From: an uncultured Nitrososphaeraceae archaeon
GTDB taxonomy: Archaea; Thermoproteota; Nitrososphaeria; Nitrososphaerales; Nitrososphaeraceae
DNA: 64,000 nucleotides
Assembly: GCA_963825865.1 (NCBI GenBank)
Contig: CAWGVG010000062.1
Span: forward strand, 164,940 to 228,939
Direction of reading: 5' to 3'
Numbering within the stretch: the first letter of the stretch is position 1; the number at the start of each line of letters is the position of its first letter. The notes below the pieces were generated by a model. That model saw only the letters and a list, made by a program, of their open reading frames with translations. It searched no databases and was not told where the DNA came from. Positions 12,341-24,528 of this stretch are shown piece after piece. Made by a program: the position numbers and the translations under genes.

Positions 12341-13228
12341 GTGGTTTTCGACATAGACCCAAAAAATATAACTAAGACAAGGGACAATTTTGAAAAGGAA
12401 GCTCGAAGGTATGCTGACCTTTCCAAGGATACAATTGGCAAGGTATCGCTAATTTTGATGGATTCAACCAACAACTATCTGCAGTATCTACTTTACAACA
12501 AGCCAGATGGACTCAATGGTAAAGGACACGGAGAATTCTCTCAAATTAGCACACTGTCGCGCAATCCTGGTGCATTGTTAACTATGAAATTGGCCAAAAA
12601 ATACTGCCAGGATTTCTTTCCGGATAACTTAGGCCAACCTTATGTTGCAGTCAAAATAGACAGTCATTTGGAAGTGCTCCCAATAAAAAGTTCTAGGTTC
12701 AAGAATTGGCTCTGCAAGATGTTCTACGACTATACTTCCGATTATAGAAATAAAGAAGTTCGCAACGAAGGCCAATCTACTAATAAAATACATTTTGTAG
12801 AAGAAGTCTCCAATAGTGGTCCAGGTAACAATGATCGCAACGGCAACAGTAATGATGACTTGAGTCCAAAGGCACTTGAGAATTATCGAAAGAACAAGGA
12901 ACTTAGGGTAAAGAAGAGTATTTACTTGAATTCAGACTACTTTTTAGACAAGAAATTACTCCAATTCTACCCTGAGAAGATAGATTCTGAAAATGAACAG
13001 GAACTTACTGACAATAAGACAGGACAATTAATACTGACTGTAGCACCTCAATACACCGTAACAGAACCTAAAGGTGAACAACCTGATAAGGAAAAATTCT
13101 GGCGTGTAACGAGTGCAAAGGCATCTAAACTAATAGATATGTTCCTTTTTGAAGAAAGAAAGACGTTGCTTTGGGTTCAAAAGACTGGTTCAGGTTATGG
13201 CACCATATACAATATATGGCCTGCATAA
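12341..13228 (+). CDS. Probable chimera: N-terminus of an element replication protein fused to an OB-fold ssDNA-binding-like protein
   Basis: 'PYVAVKIDSHLEVLPIKSSRFKNWL' resembles primase-helicase N-regions, but no ATPase follows; the C-half ends 'LLWVQKTGSGYGTIYNIWP', SSB-like. Confidence 0.45.
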   Translation: MVFDIDPKNITKTRDNFEKEARRYADLSKDTIGKVSLILMDSTNNYLQYLLYNKPDGLNGKGHGEFSQISTLSRNPGALLTMKLAKKYCQDFFPDNLGQPYVAVKIDSHLEVLPIKSSRFKNWLCKMFYDYTSDYRNKEVRNEGQSTNKIHFVEEVSNSGPGNNDRNGNSNDDLSPKALENYRKNKELRVKKSIYLNSDYFLDKKLLQFYPEKIDSENEQELTDNKTGQLILTVAPQYTVTEPKGEQPDKEKFWRVTSAKASKLIDMFLFEERKTLLWVQKTGSGYGTIYNIWPA

Positions 13229-13326
13229 CCCAATCCAACCCATCTTTTTTTGTCTTATCTATAAGCAATAAACTGTGCAGGTGATAAGATATTAAATTTA
13301 CCTATCATAATAGCGGTTCCAATGAC

Positions 13327-14445
13327 TTGAATGTTATTGATATTGAAAAGCAGGTTAGCGAAGGTCTAGACTTTATACTAAGCCATTTAAAGAATCCTAA
13401 GCGATGGCCCAGGACCATATCAACCAAAGAATCTGAAGGAAGGCAAATTACAGTATATAGTAAACAAGAAGCATTTTCATATTATAAGGATTCAAACTAT
13501 CTAGACTGTAGAATTAGTGCATATAATACTAAGGCATCATAGAGCAAACAATTGACCTGCTTATGATTGACTTGGATTTATCTAATTTCAAACAATAATA
13601 ACATTAAGGCATTGGACTTGGCCAAGGCAAAGACTTTGGCAAAGATACAAGACACATTTGATTTATCAAAAGTTTGAACCTGCAACTATAATTTGGTCAG
13701 GTAATGGATATCATTTGTACATACCTGCAGAATCTCAAAATGCTATTTTAGAACAAATGTCTGAATTTAGCAAATACAAAGAACCTTCCAAATTATTTTT
13801 AAGATTTGCAGAATGGTATCTGTCCAATGGTAAGGCAGATTCAGAACATTATCATACTGTGTCATTTAAGAATTGTCTATTGAGAATACCTGGTTCATAT
13901 AATTCCAAGAATATGTCCAGGTTAAAATTGTACAGAAATGGAACGGTGCTTCAAAGGTACCGTTACACTTACTTTATGAGCAAGTTCTTGGCATATCTTA
14001 TCGACCAAGGTTCAAAAGTAGTCAAACATGACAATAACGATAAAACAACCATATTTTGTCAGAAAATGTCAAGTCTGCATATATTGCACGAAAGAATTCT
14101 AGGTTACTAAGAAAGAACAATCTATTGACTGGATTGAACAGCTCTTACAAACACCATTGCCAGAACACAGAAAATACTGTATATGGAGAATTCTTGCGCC
14201 ATATTTCATTAATGTAAAACATTTGTCATTTGAAGAATCATATGATATGATATACCAATGGTTAGACAAGATGCAATGAATTAAAGAATTAGATTTTGAT
14301 CACGGATACAAAGATAAATGACAGTCTTAATAGTGCTATCAATACAGGTTATTTGCCAATTAGTTTTGATAATCCATTAAAAGGACCTAGGACTTTGAAG
14401 ACAGATAACAGAGAATTATACGATACTTTATAGGCTATGAATAAT
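13327..14445 (+). pseudogene. AEP primase with a C-terminal PriX-like domain, multiply frameshifted
   Basis: 'MIDLD' motif I, 'IWSGNGYHLY' motif II, 'LLRIPGSYN' motif III; C-terminal 'WIEQLLQTPLPEHRKYCIWRILAPYFINVK' is PriX-like. Confidence 0.75.
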
Positions 14446-14778
14446 ACTTGCAATATAGGATCAAACCATTTCTCCGTTTCTATGTTATTTATCCATTAGG
14501 CGTTTATCAGCCCAGTTTCAAAGTGATTTTATTTTACGAAAGATTTTGTAAGTAAATATGGATCTTGACAATTTGTTGGCTTCATGAATCTGTGTACTAA
14601 AACTGAAAATGTGTGATGAATAATTCTTCTTACTGCTACTTTCGCCAAAATAGTTGGCTAAGTTAATATTAATTTGTAAAATCATAAATTCTCGCACTAC
14701 AAACCATCAACAAAATAGATTAGAAATCATTACTACTAGTTACAAGTATTTAAAAAGATAATGTTTGTAAAATATTTC

Positions 14779-15775
14779 ATTGACAAATCTAAAGATTACA
14801 ACACTTGAACGGCGAATGGATGAATAATTGGTTCAAAAAAGATGGAGGTACTTCAACATTCAAACCCAGCTTTCAACAGCTTGGCAGTACAGAGACAATG
14901 AATACTGACAAAACGGCAACCAAACTCTCAAAGCTAATTAAGGGAATTGATGCAGACATATATGGCATTCAAGAAGGTCCGAGCGAAAAGAACGAGATGC
15001 TCCTCTTCATCAGTTACCTATTTGAATGACAAATACTCGTGCGAAATAGGACTTGATGGTAGCGCTCAAAAGATATATGTCTTATATAAGAAATCATTTT
15101 TTGATAATGTTACATCCTTGACTCATGTGTATCCAAAATGGCAATTCGATAACAACGGGGATTATTTGCTGGAAGATGGCAAGTTTAGTGGTACACCAGT
15201 CGAAGTAAAAATTGTTAAAGATGGACATGTCATTAGAATTGTTGTTACTCATTTTAAGTCATTATTTATTAATCAAGGTAAAGAGATGTGGACAGATCCT
15301 GATCCTGCAAAGAAAACAGAATTCATAAAATTACTCACTGATAAATAGAAGGAGAATAACTATGGAAGCCGTAGAGCTAAGACGCAACATTGATGAAACA
15401 TTAGAAACCTATCCTAATTCCATTATTATGGGTGATGTTAACGATGGACCAGGAAGGGAGTTTTTTGAGAATTATATGCTAGGTATGGATATAACTTTGG
15501 AGCTATTGGGTAGTACATATTATCCTGATAAGATATTCAGCTATTTGCTAGACCTCAACAATGACTTTAGCGCAGTCTTTGATGACTATGTGGACAATGT
15601 ACCTAACAGAAAGATTCTACTCGACAGGATATTGGTATCTCCCTCACTTCAGCCATCAATGACCAGTTGTAAAGTTGAATATGACAAATACGAGGCTCTG
15701 GTTGATAATCCAGATCGAAGAGATGGGAGACCTACAGATCATAGACCTGTCACTTTGAACTTAAGTTTACACTAG
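14779..15775 (+). pseudogene. Endonuclease/exonuclease/phosphatase (EEP) family protein, broken into three ORFs
   Basis: NGEW, DADIYGIQE, VTHFKS, MGDVND, LLDRILVS and TDHRPV motifs. Confidence 0.8.
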
Positions 15776-16056
15776 GACAGCAGGACCTTCTACAGGTTGA
15801 GATATAGCATACACCTTATACAGCAAAAAAGTGATTGTTAGATAGAGATCCTAATCCAAATATCATTTATATTGCATAATGCAATTTATAGTATGTTTAA
15901 TCCACTATTAACAGGTTTTTTAAAGAAAATTCTATCTATCTATAGATATATAAAAATAAATTTTATAAAATAGCAGTTAGTTAGTTAGTCAACCGATGCT
16001 AACAGTTGGCCAACTATTAACCAACCAACCAACCAACCAATCTATCTATATATTAA

Positions 16057-16453
16057 TCAAAAATAAGTTTTGATGTTCGGCATCTCTCGCTCTACAAATA
16101 TTCGGACTTCGCCCCTGTTAAAAGTTGACCTATTATCGTTACTGCTCTCATGTCCTTTCCCACGTTCCCTAAGATAGACTTTCATTAGTTTTTCTTCAAA
16201 AATTTTCTTGTATTGAACAGCTTCATGAAAATTTTCGAATACTGCTAACCCTTTGAAATTATTTGTTTCGTTGTATAAAGCGACCGGCATTCCGGGTGAC
16301 AGATATAGTCACCCAGAAATTGTGTTTGCTTCTTCTCTTAATCACGAAGAAGCCTTTCTTATTATTATTATTTTGCTCTTTTTGTTCTGGTTGTTGTTCT
16401 TTTGGTTGTTTTGATTGTTGCTTTTCTTCTTCTTCTTGTTTTATAGATTGCAA
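16057..16453 (-). CDS. Hypothetical protein(s) (16259-16453 and 16057-16290, possibly one frameshifted gene)
   Basis: Overlapping ORFs. Confidence 0.35.
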
Positions 16454-16593
16454 CTACTACAAGCATGATATCAATCTATGATGCTAATATCCTTTTTTAT
16501 TTTGTATACTAGATTACTTTTAGTTAGCAGGTTTTAATTGGTTTTTTTCTATTAGCTCCGATGGGACTGATAGGACATTTTTATCGCAGTGAA

Positions 16594-16648
16594 ATTGCAA
16601 CGTAATTGCATCGAGATTGCAACGTAATTGCATCGAGATTGCATCGTG
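16594..16648. repeat. Five tandem 11-bp repeats (ATTGCAACGTA / ATTGCATCGAG / ATTGCATCGTG)
   Basis: Units start at 16594, 16605, 16616, 16627 and 16638. Confidence 0.9.
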
Positions 16649-17195
16649 TTTGTACCTACTGACTTCATTACTCTCTACTTACTTTCTATAATATAATGAA
16701 AAAGACTTTTATCCCAAAAGGGTAGAAATGAAAAAAACATACTGACAGTTGAAACCACAATACTAACTATGGTTATACATTTTATTTATTGTCATTTGGT
16801 TATAGCGAATTATACTATCGATTGGTAAATGAATAACTTTACCTCGTTTGATACTATCAATAGTTACATTGAGAACCAGAAGGTATTTTCGGTGGTATTC
16901 CTGACCCACAGAGAAAGTACTGATTTATATAATTAGCAAACATGTCTTAATACATTACAGATTATAATTCTTTATTTCTCTGTAATTATATAATTAGCGA
17001 CTAGACATTAATACATTATAGATTTCAATCGTTTTACCAATACCTTTAGTAAACGCATCGCAGAGTTAGAAGATAATCAGGCCATATTAAGGCGGGAGAT
17101 AGAATCAAGGGGAACTATAAAGAAGTTCAGTCCTATTGCAGTTCAGCCTGTCGCCCGAGACTTAGGTGGGCTGACAAGATTCATAAAAAATTTAT

Positions 17196-18231
17196 ATGCA
17201 TTACCTATCATATTGTCCTGAATTGATAAGTTGGCTAAGAACTAGTAAAAACTGTCCGTTCTTTTCTAATTTACCTACTTTATCAATGATTGGTTTGGCA
17301 CTATTGACGCTGTTCTTATTTGGTTTTCAATATATCTCGACCAAAGTATACTCGCAACTTCCGTTTGTTTCTTCTTCTCCTTCCGATTCCAATAATGCAA
17401 CAATTGCACCAGCAAATAATCAGTCTTCGACTACTACTACTTCTGCTACTACTGCTTCTTCTTCTCCACAGCAACAACAGTTGTTAACATATACTAATCC
17501 AGAAGGTAGATTTTCTATTGATTATCCTTCTAATTCAGTTGCAAAGCCGGTCGCTGACATTAGACTTGACATGCTCGTACATACCAATACGAATGCAACT
17601 GACGCTGTCTTATCCATTTCAATAGAAAATACAACCAAATATTTAGATACTAACACATTGCAGGTAAAAACTCACTCACTCCGCGATTACGTAAATGACA
17701 AAATAAATAAGATAAATTCATTATCATCTGGATTTCGCGGTACCGAGGCTTTGAAATATTTAAAAGATAATCCTACAACAGTGGCTGGAAATCCTGCGTG
17801 GACAATATCATATACGAATGACCCTTTCTTATATTATACTACTACTTATATGATAAAAGACAATAAACTTTATACCTTTGAGTATCAAAGCGGTCAACTA
17901 AAAGTTCCTGAAACATTACCTGTAGTACAAAAAAATGATTGATTCATTTAGGTTATTAGCAGGCGCAACAAAGCCAATTATATTAAAAAGTCCAGAAGTA
18001 CAAAAATTGAATGGTAATCACTGGGGTATAGAAAATGCGACTAGAGATTTCCAAAATAGCACAAAGGCTGGTGCATATGATTGCAATTTATCAAGAGATG
18101 GAGAATTGTTTTGTGACCAATACATGCATGCTTACGATATCACATGGAACGGTCTAAAAGATAAGGCGCGTAATGAGCATATTAAGGACTTGTATAGAAA
18201 TGATAAAGATTTTCAGGAAATGATAAAATGA
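17196..18231 (+). CDS. PsbP-related exported protein (frameshift in an A-run near 17935) with a C-terminal Cys-containing extension
   Basis: 'LTYTNPEGRFSIDYPS', 'TTVAGNPAW', 'LPVVQK-MIDSF'. Confidence 0.7.
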
Positions 18232-18815
18232 CAATAACAAGTAGCAGTAGCTGCGATATAATCAATAATTGATACAGTTAATATTAATTCCATAAAGCTA
18301 AAAAACTGAACTGTGTAATATTTACGAGGGAAAAAATTAACTAGCCTCGGATTCGACTAGTAACAATTACGATGGCGATAGCGAACTAGCTAAAAGTAGA
18401 CAAACAATATTCTAGACTTTGAATTTCTATCAGGATTAATATACACTAAGTATCAAATATCTAGTGAATAGTCTTGTTATAGACACCATAAAAAATGTCA
18501 GAAAATATACTAGCGTAAGAACGGGTGACTATATCTTTATAATTATATAATTTCTGACTTATTAGTAGTAGAGTTAGATTATCTAATAAATAATTGTGAT
18601 TCTAATGTTTTTATCCTGGTCTTTAACTGCTCACATTGGTCCATATAATAATCTCTTTCGTCTTCTAGCATCTGTATTTTTTCTTGAAGTCTATGATATA
18701 TGGGTGAATCAGGTATGTCTTCCTCTACATCAACAGGAAGAAGAACAACAGCAACAGAAGCAACAAAAACAACAAAAGCGATGGAATTATAATTATAAAT
18801 CCAGAAATTAATAAA

Positions 18816-19859
18816 TCAAACTCTAGGTAACAGGTGCGAAGGAATGTCAGATTTATTTATACGGTGTTCTATCATGCCATCAGGTTTAGATTTTCTCAAG
18901 CCTTTTTTGCATTCTTCCTTTTGCTTTACGTATAAATCATTATCATATCGTGTGTGTTTATAATAGATATAGAAGAAGGCGCATTTTTCTTCCTGCTGAT
19001 ATTGCTCTGGCTCTTTATCATATTCTCTGGACATCTTCTCATATATTGCATATAGTTCTGAGTCTTCGCTAACAATCTGGCAATAGATTGTTTGTAATAA
19101 GTCGAACCTCATGAAATGTTCAAAGTATTGCTCATCAAAATCCTTCATTTCATCAATTTTCTTTTTTATTTGGTTACGAGTTAAGTAAATTTTGGTTTTT
19201 CCATCTGGAGCAACCCCATAATACTTTTTTCTGGCTTCATTAACAGTATTCTCTTCCGCATCTTTTGCTATCTGATTCCATTCTACCATACTTCTAGCAT
19301 ATCGGTTATCAGTTGCAGATTCTTGATACTTCGCCATGAATTGAACATCTGGTATAAATTGTGCAAATTTCTTTTCAGTCTCAGGATACCTGTCTATTAT
19401 TTTGGGTATCATCTTTCCCATAATCATATGCTGTTTAGCAAGGTTATCCATAGAAGCTATGAGCTTTTTTTCTGCTCCTGTTTTTGGTGATGATGGTCGT
19501 GGTCGTGGTGGCGGATTTATAGACGGATTAATAATAATAGGAAGTCTGTCAGAGATATCGTTTCGTTGAAAAAATACATCGCGTATTACTCTGGCATCAT
19601 AAACAAGCGTACTTACGAATTTGAACGGGTGGATATTTCTTTTAATATCTAACTGCTTTTCGAAAGGTGAATTATTTAGAAAATCATATTCAGTAATTGT
19701 TTTTTTAGCAGGTAATTGGGTTCTATCATCTAATTCGGCTCTACCTTTTTTCTTTTCTTTTACTACCTTTATTCTTCCAAGTCGACTACCGCATATACTG
19801 CATGTAAAACCAAGGTCTTGCTTTTCTTCTTTTTTACTTCTTAACCGTGCAAGCAACAT
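18816..19859 (-). CDS. Hypothetical 347-aa protein with an N-terminal CxxC, divergent from the MCM module
   Basis: Long ORF; CSICG motif. Confidence 0.65.
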   Translation of the reverse strand: MLLARLRSKKEEKQDLGFTCSICGSRLGRIKVVKEKKKGRAELDDRTQLPAKKTITEYDFLNNSPFEKQLDIKRNIHPFKFVSTLVYDARVIRDVFFQRNDISDRLPIIINPSINPPPRPRPSSPKTGAEKKLIASMDNLAKQHMIMGKMIPKIIDRYPETEKKFAQFIPDVQFMAKYQESATDNRYARSMVEWNQIAKDAEENTVNEARKKYYGVAPDGKTKIYLTRNQIKKKIDEMKDFDEQYFEHFMRFDLLQTIYCQIVSEDSELYAIYEKMSREYDKEPEQYQQEEKCAFFYIYYKHTRYDNDLYVKQKEECKKGLRKSKPDGMIEHRINKSDIPSHLLPRV

Positions 19860-19926
19860 TTTTCTGGTACGAAAATTAGTTGTTTTATACTTAATTTCAA
19901 CCTTACTTACGTGTAAAGAAATTCAA

Positions 19927-20169
19927 ATGTTAAATGTAAATGAACAAAAATTGACAGAGAATGTTACCTCATCTCCATTTAAACAGGTAACTATTCAAAA
20001 AACTGGTCTGGAATTATTTTGCAAGAACTGCAGGCACAAGTGGCTGTACTCCGGCACAAGCGAGTTTTATGCTCCCTGTCCAAAATGCCATAGCAGTATC
20101 ACTTTGAAACCAAAGATTCGACCACATAAATATAATAAAAATAAAGCAATCGCGGAGGTCAAAAACTAA
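19927..20169 (+). CDS. Small Zn-ribbon protein
   Basis: CKNCRHKWLYSG...CPKCHS. Confidence 0.7.
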   Translation: MLNVNEQKLTENVTSSPFKQVTIQKTGLELFCKNCRHKWLYSGTSEFYAPCPKCHSSITLKPKIRPHKYNKNKAIAEVKN

Positions 20170-20824
20170 TTGTCTCTAGCGACCGAAACCAACGGCAGCA
20201 AGAGACAACCAGAACTTTGGACCATCCGCAAAGAGAAAAAGCACTAACAGAGGCTATTAATTTTTCCAAAGTGCTAAGTAAATCCTTACCAGAACTATGC
20301 CCTGATTGCAAGTCAGTATTGAAGAGAAATTTAGCGAGTTTAAGTGAGGAGTGAATAATAACAAATTGAATTCAGTAATAATAACAAGTGAAAAGTGGGC
20401 AGGGACCCAAACCCGCCCACCACCGTACGTCGTAAAGACCCAAGAATCACACAATGCAAACACGCACCCAGCCGACCAGCGAGGAGCAGTTCTAGCAGTA
20501 TGATTAACTATAATTCTGACGGTGCTAATTATAAACATTCTTCTGACCATGGACAAAAAGTAATAGAACATGGAGCAGCGGTTCTGGAGATGTTAATAAC
20601 GACCAAATCAAGCGTTGTTATATTTGTCTAGACAACGGTTTTCCACACGAAGCCATAACATTCCACAAAGTTAACGGTCGAGTGCTATCAAGCGGTGGTG
20701 GTGGTGGTGGTGGTAACGAAGTCAGAGGTTGGGAAATAAGGGATTACTTTACGGGCAGAAAGCACGAGCATAGAAGAAGTCATTCACCGCAAAAAAGAGA
20801 GGGTCAGGGGTCAACCTAGGAAAA

Positions 20825-23441
20825 ATGACCTACAGAGAAGAATCAGACACTTACGATGTTGATATTGATGACTCAACGCTAACTCCATCTGGATTTATCA
20901 GATTTTCTTTTTCACAAAATGGCAAATCTGAAGACGGTAAAAGCATGATGACTTTATACAATCTTGACTTTCGTAGAATCATCTATTGTGATATTTACAA
21001 GCATGACTATGCCAGGACTATACAGGCATTCAAAGATACATTAACGACTGCGATGAAAGAAGATGAATTATTAGATGAAGAGACAGTTGCAAGCCTGATT
21101 GTATGTTTTGATAATGCGTGTAAGATATTAAAGGAAGATAAGAATTCTGGCTTTTTTCATCGTGCTGTAAATGGAAATGGAAATGGAAAAGGAAATGATG
21201 ATGCAGTAGCACAGCAGCAGTATTACCAAGAAAATGAAATACCTACTAAAGAGGTATCCATATCTGAAGCATTACGAATGCATTCAGGTTATGTCAAAGT
21301 TAAGGACGGTATGATTTCAGGTTCTAGAAAATTGGAGAAGATGCCAACTAATACGTTTTTTATATGTGATTCATGTCAAGTTATAAACGCAATAAGCATT
21401 TACTCACGTCCAAAATTTATGTATGAGATAAATAGGTTAGAACGTTCTAATAAGACTAGAACATGTTTCAATTGTTCTGTAAAAACTGTACCCTCTGAAT
21501 ATGACCACGATGTAAGAAATGCCGTAAAAATAGAATTACAGGATGTAAAGACTTTTAGCGATTTAGAAAGACTACCAGCAATACTATTTGATGACTTGTA
21601 CTACTAACGTTGGTGTTGGTGAACAGGTTACAGTTACAGGTCGAATTTATAAAATAAGGGTGAATAACAGTATGATTCCATTCTTATTTGTAGACACAAT
21701 TGAATATGAAAACAGAGAAGAACTATCTGAAGAACCTACTGATAAAGACATTTTAGAAATTAAATCTATAATAAGCAAGGCTGAAGAGGAAAAGAAAAAT
21801 CCAATTGATATACTGGTCGAAATGTTTGCTCCTAGTATTATCGGCTATCCTTTTGTAAAGAAAGGGTTACTTATCTGTGCTGCAAATGCAGGTAAGGACT
21901 CTGTAAATCAAAGGCTTAGAATTAATGCATTGTTAATTGGAGAGACAGGACTTGACAAGTCACCTCTACTCAGGGCAGCAACCAAATTAGCAGCAAAAAA
22001 GTAGATATTGTTCAGCATTAAATTCTTCGATTAGAAGCCTTATCGGTATTGTAGATAAGGAAGATGATAACCTTATGTTGCGTTTAGGTCCAGTATCTTC
22101 CTCTAGTGGTGCTATCTGTGCAATTGACGAAATAGGTCGAATGGAACACGAAGACCAGGGACACTTACTGAGTGCATTACAAGAGGGTAAAATACCATTT
22201 GCCAAACATGGATTTAACACGGTCCTGGATGGTTCTGCTACATTTATCATGTCTGCAAATCCAACTCACGACGGCACCTGGAGACATAAGGATAAGATAG
22301 AACGCAATGAAATACCAATGTTAGGCCCACTACTGGACAGAAATGATTTAATATTCATATTCAGGACCAACCGCTACAAACCAGATGTAATAAAATACGC
22401 ATTTGACAAGGCTGATATCTCAGAAGCCATTTATGCAGAGGAAGAAAGATACTATGATTTTTTAAGAAAATACATTCTATACTGTAAAAGGTTTAAACCA
22501 GTATTATCTCACGAAGCGAAAAACATACTTATCCAATTCTATGCCATGTGTAGCAACAAAAACAGGTTCACCTAGGTTATTTGATACAGTTAGAAATATA
22601 GCATATGCTATCGCCAGGTTGAAACAAAAAGATATTATCGAAGCAGAAGACGCTAGTGATGCCATACAATTCTATAATGTTATACTACAACAGTTAGAGG
22701 AGATTGTTATAGTAGCAAAAGACCCTAGAGATTTAGCAATTGAAGAAGTCATCAATATCTTGAATGGTTCAAAATACCAGTTTGAATTTATCGAATTAAT
22801 GAAGTCAATATGCGATAAAAATGAGTTTGTTTCTAGATATTTTGGTAATGATTTCCATGTAGACAGTAATAAAAAACTAAGAATGCTTCGAGATAGATTT
22901 GTGAAAGGAGTAGATAATAGAATATTAATAGTTAGTTTATCGCCTTTAGTGACTAGCCTGGGAGCCATCTTATAGCTCCTCCTCTTCCTCTTCCAATAGT
23001 GATGATAAGGTTAAGGATGATAGTAAGACTGATAGGCTAACTGACCAAACTGACCAAACTGACCAAACTGACCTGCCCATTTTTGAAAATATCGATATTT
23101 CTTCTCCTCCTTCTCCTTCTTCTTATAATGATAGAGTTTCTGAAAATGATGTTATAGATAGTAATAATAGTTCTAGTAAAATCGATAGTAATATCCTTGA
23201 TAATGATGATAAAAATATCGATATTTCTGAAAAAGGCCAGGTCAGTCAGGTCAGTCAGGTCATTCAGGTCAGTCAGACAGGCAATTCAGAAAATACGATT
23301 AGTAAAAAGTTCAAGTGCTTTTACTGTGAAGAATGTTTTAGTAGTAATGATGAACGTAGATACCATAGACAGCAGTACCATCCAGACAAAAAACTAGACT
23401 ATCCTACTCCAGAGGACTTTGAGAATCGTTTGGAGAGGTAA
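20825..23441 (+). CDS. mcm: Element-encoded MCM helicase, frameshifted into at least five pieces, with a C-terminal C2H2 Zn finger
   Basis: Zn finger CDSC...CFNC, OB fold 'VGEQVTVTG', 'FAPSIIG', Walker A GETGLDKS, Walker B ICAIDE, 'MSANP', Arg finger LLDRND, sensor-2 SPRL; C-terminal CFYCEECF...H...HP. Confidence 0.85.
23039..23273. repeat. Inverted iteron-like arrays in the MCM 3' region; candidate replication origin
   Basis: 4x AACTGACC(A/T) at 23039-23074 facing 4x CAGGTCA(G/T)T at 23238-23273, with inner imperfect inverted arms containing AATATCGATATT. Confidence 0.75.
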
Positions 23442-23458
23442 GGTATTGTTGTTGTTGT
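23299..23458 (+). repeat. 160-bp direct repeat, copy 1 (MCM 3' end)
   Basis: Identical to 29285-29444. Confidence 0.95.
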
Positions 23459-23926
23459 TGTTGCTACTCTAGAATTATTATTATCATTATCACTATTATT
23501 AGAAGAATTATTCATCATGAAAGCATCCATACCTAAACCATTCATGCTAGGAAGCATTTGGAATAAGTTAGCAATCAAAGTAATTGTATCATTGAGTGCT
23601 ACAACTGCTTTTATCTGTGCTTCTGGATTATCTTTGTTACTGTATATTATAGTACGAAGTATATTCTGGTTATCTTCAAACTCTGCAAGACGTTTAGAAA
23701 AGGCACCTTCTATGAAAGCAAACTTATCTTTCTTGTATATCTCTATCTGTTTTTCAGATTCCTTCTTTAAATCTGCTTTCATATGTGCTATATAATCATA
23801 TGACATTTCTATCCCCAGTTTATGTCGTATCATATCACATGTTTCAGAAGTGGATAGACGGTGAATCATTGCTGTGGTAACTGCCTTCTTTAACGATTCA
23901 CGCTGTGCAAAAGTTAAATGGACCAC
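23399..23926 (-). CDS. Helical HTH protein, TerS-like family (similar layout to 34225-34782)
   Basis: N-terminal HTH-like 'RLSTSETCDMIRHKLGIEMSYDYI' followed by helical segments. Confidence 0.5.
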   Translation of the reverse strand: MVHLTFAQRESLKKAVTTAMIHRLSTSETCDMIRHKLGIEMSYDYIAHMKADLKKESEKQIEIYKKDKFAFIEGAFSKRLAEFEDNQNILRTIIYSNKDNPEAQIKAVVALNDTITLIANLFQMLPSMNGLGMDAFMMNNSSNNSDNDNNNSRVATTTTTIPYLSKRFSKSSGVG

Positions 23927-24119
23927 GTTATATTACTAACAATGATATTAGTTATATTTTTTTTCATGTTAACTGGTCATGCTATAGTTAACACCTTTTG
24001 TGTTAATTGACTAGTTCTTTTTTCTTAGTTTTAGACTTTGTAGATTTTGACTTTGGTTTACGAGGATAGATATGCAACAAAACCCCTTTACGCAGAAAGG
24101 TAACCATGATAGATAAAAA

Positions 24120-24326
24120 TCACTTACTTTTTTTGGACTTTGCTGTTTTGTTTGCTCGTGTTAATGTTGGTGTCGACGTTGTTGGCATAGTTACAATGCC
24201 TTTTTGTCGATTACTCTTTGCTAAATCTCGTATAGCGTTTTCCCTACGTATTTGTCTTAAAACTGCGTCTGCTTGTTTGTTGATAGGAGATTTCTTTGGG
24301 GTTACGTGTGTTTTGCCTTGTTTCAT
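24120..24326 (-). CDS. Small, highly basic protein
   Basis: 68 aa, K/R-rich. Confidence 0.5.
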   Translation of the reverse strand: MKQGKTHVTPKKSPINKQADAVLRQIRRENAIRDLAKSNRQKGIVTMPTTSTPTLTRANKTAKSKKSK

Positions 24327-24528
24327 ATTTAATATATCATCACTGCTACTTCTTTTGTTTGGTTCTTCTCTTAGTTGGGACCGTGTTTATATGCTTGTTT
24401 CTGTTGGCTGGGATATTGGTAGCATTTCCAAATGTCCCTGCGGAGTCTGCGGAAGTGGGGTAAGGTTTGATTTTTGCGTTCTTTTTTACTGCTGACATTT
24501 TGTTTTTGTTATTTTATTATTTATTTAT

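Noticed and set aside
16019-16040. (AACC)n and many AAT/CAA microsatellites
   Set aside because: Low-complexity runs are common throughout this window.
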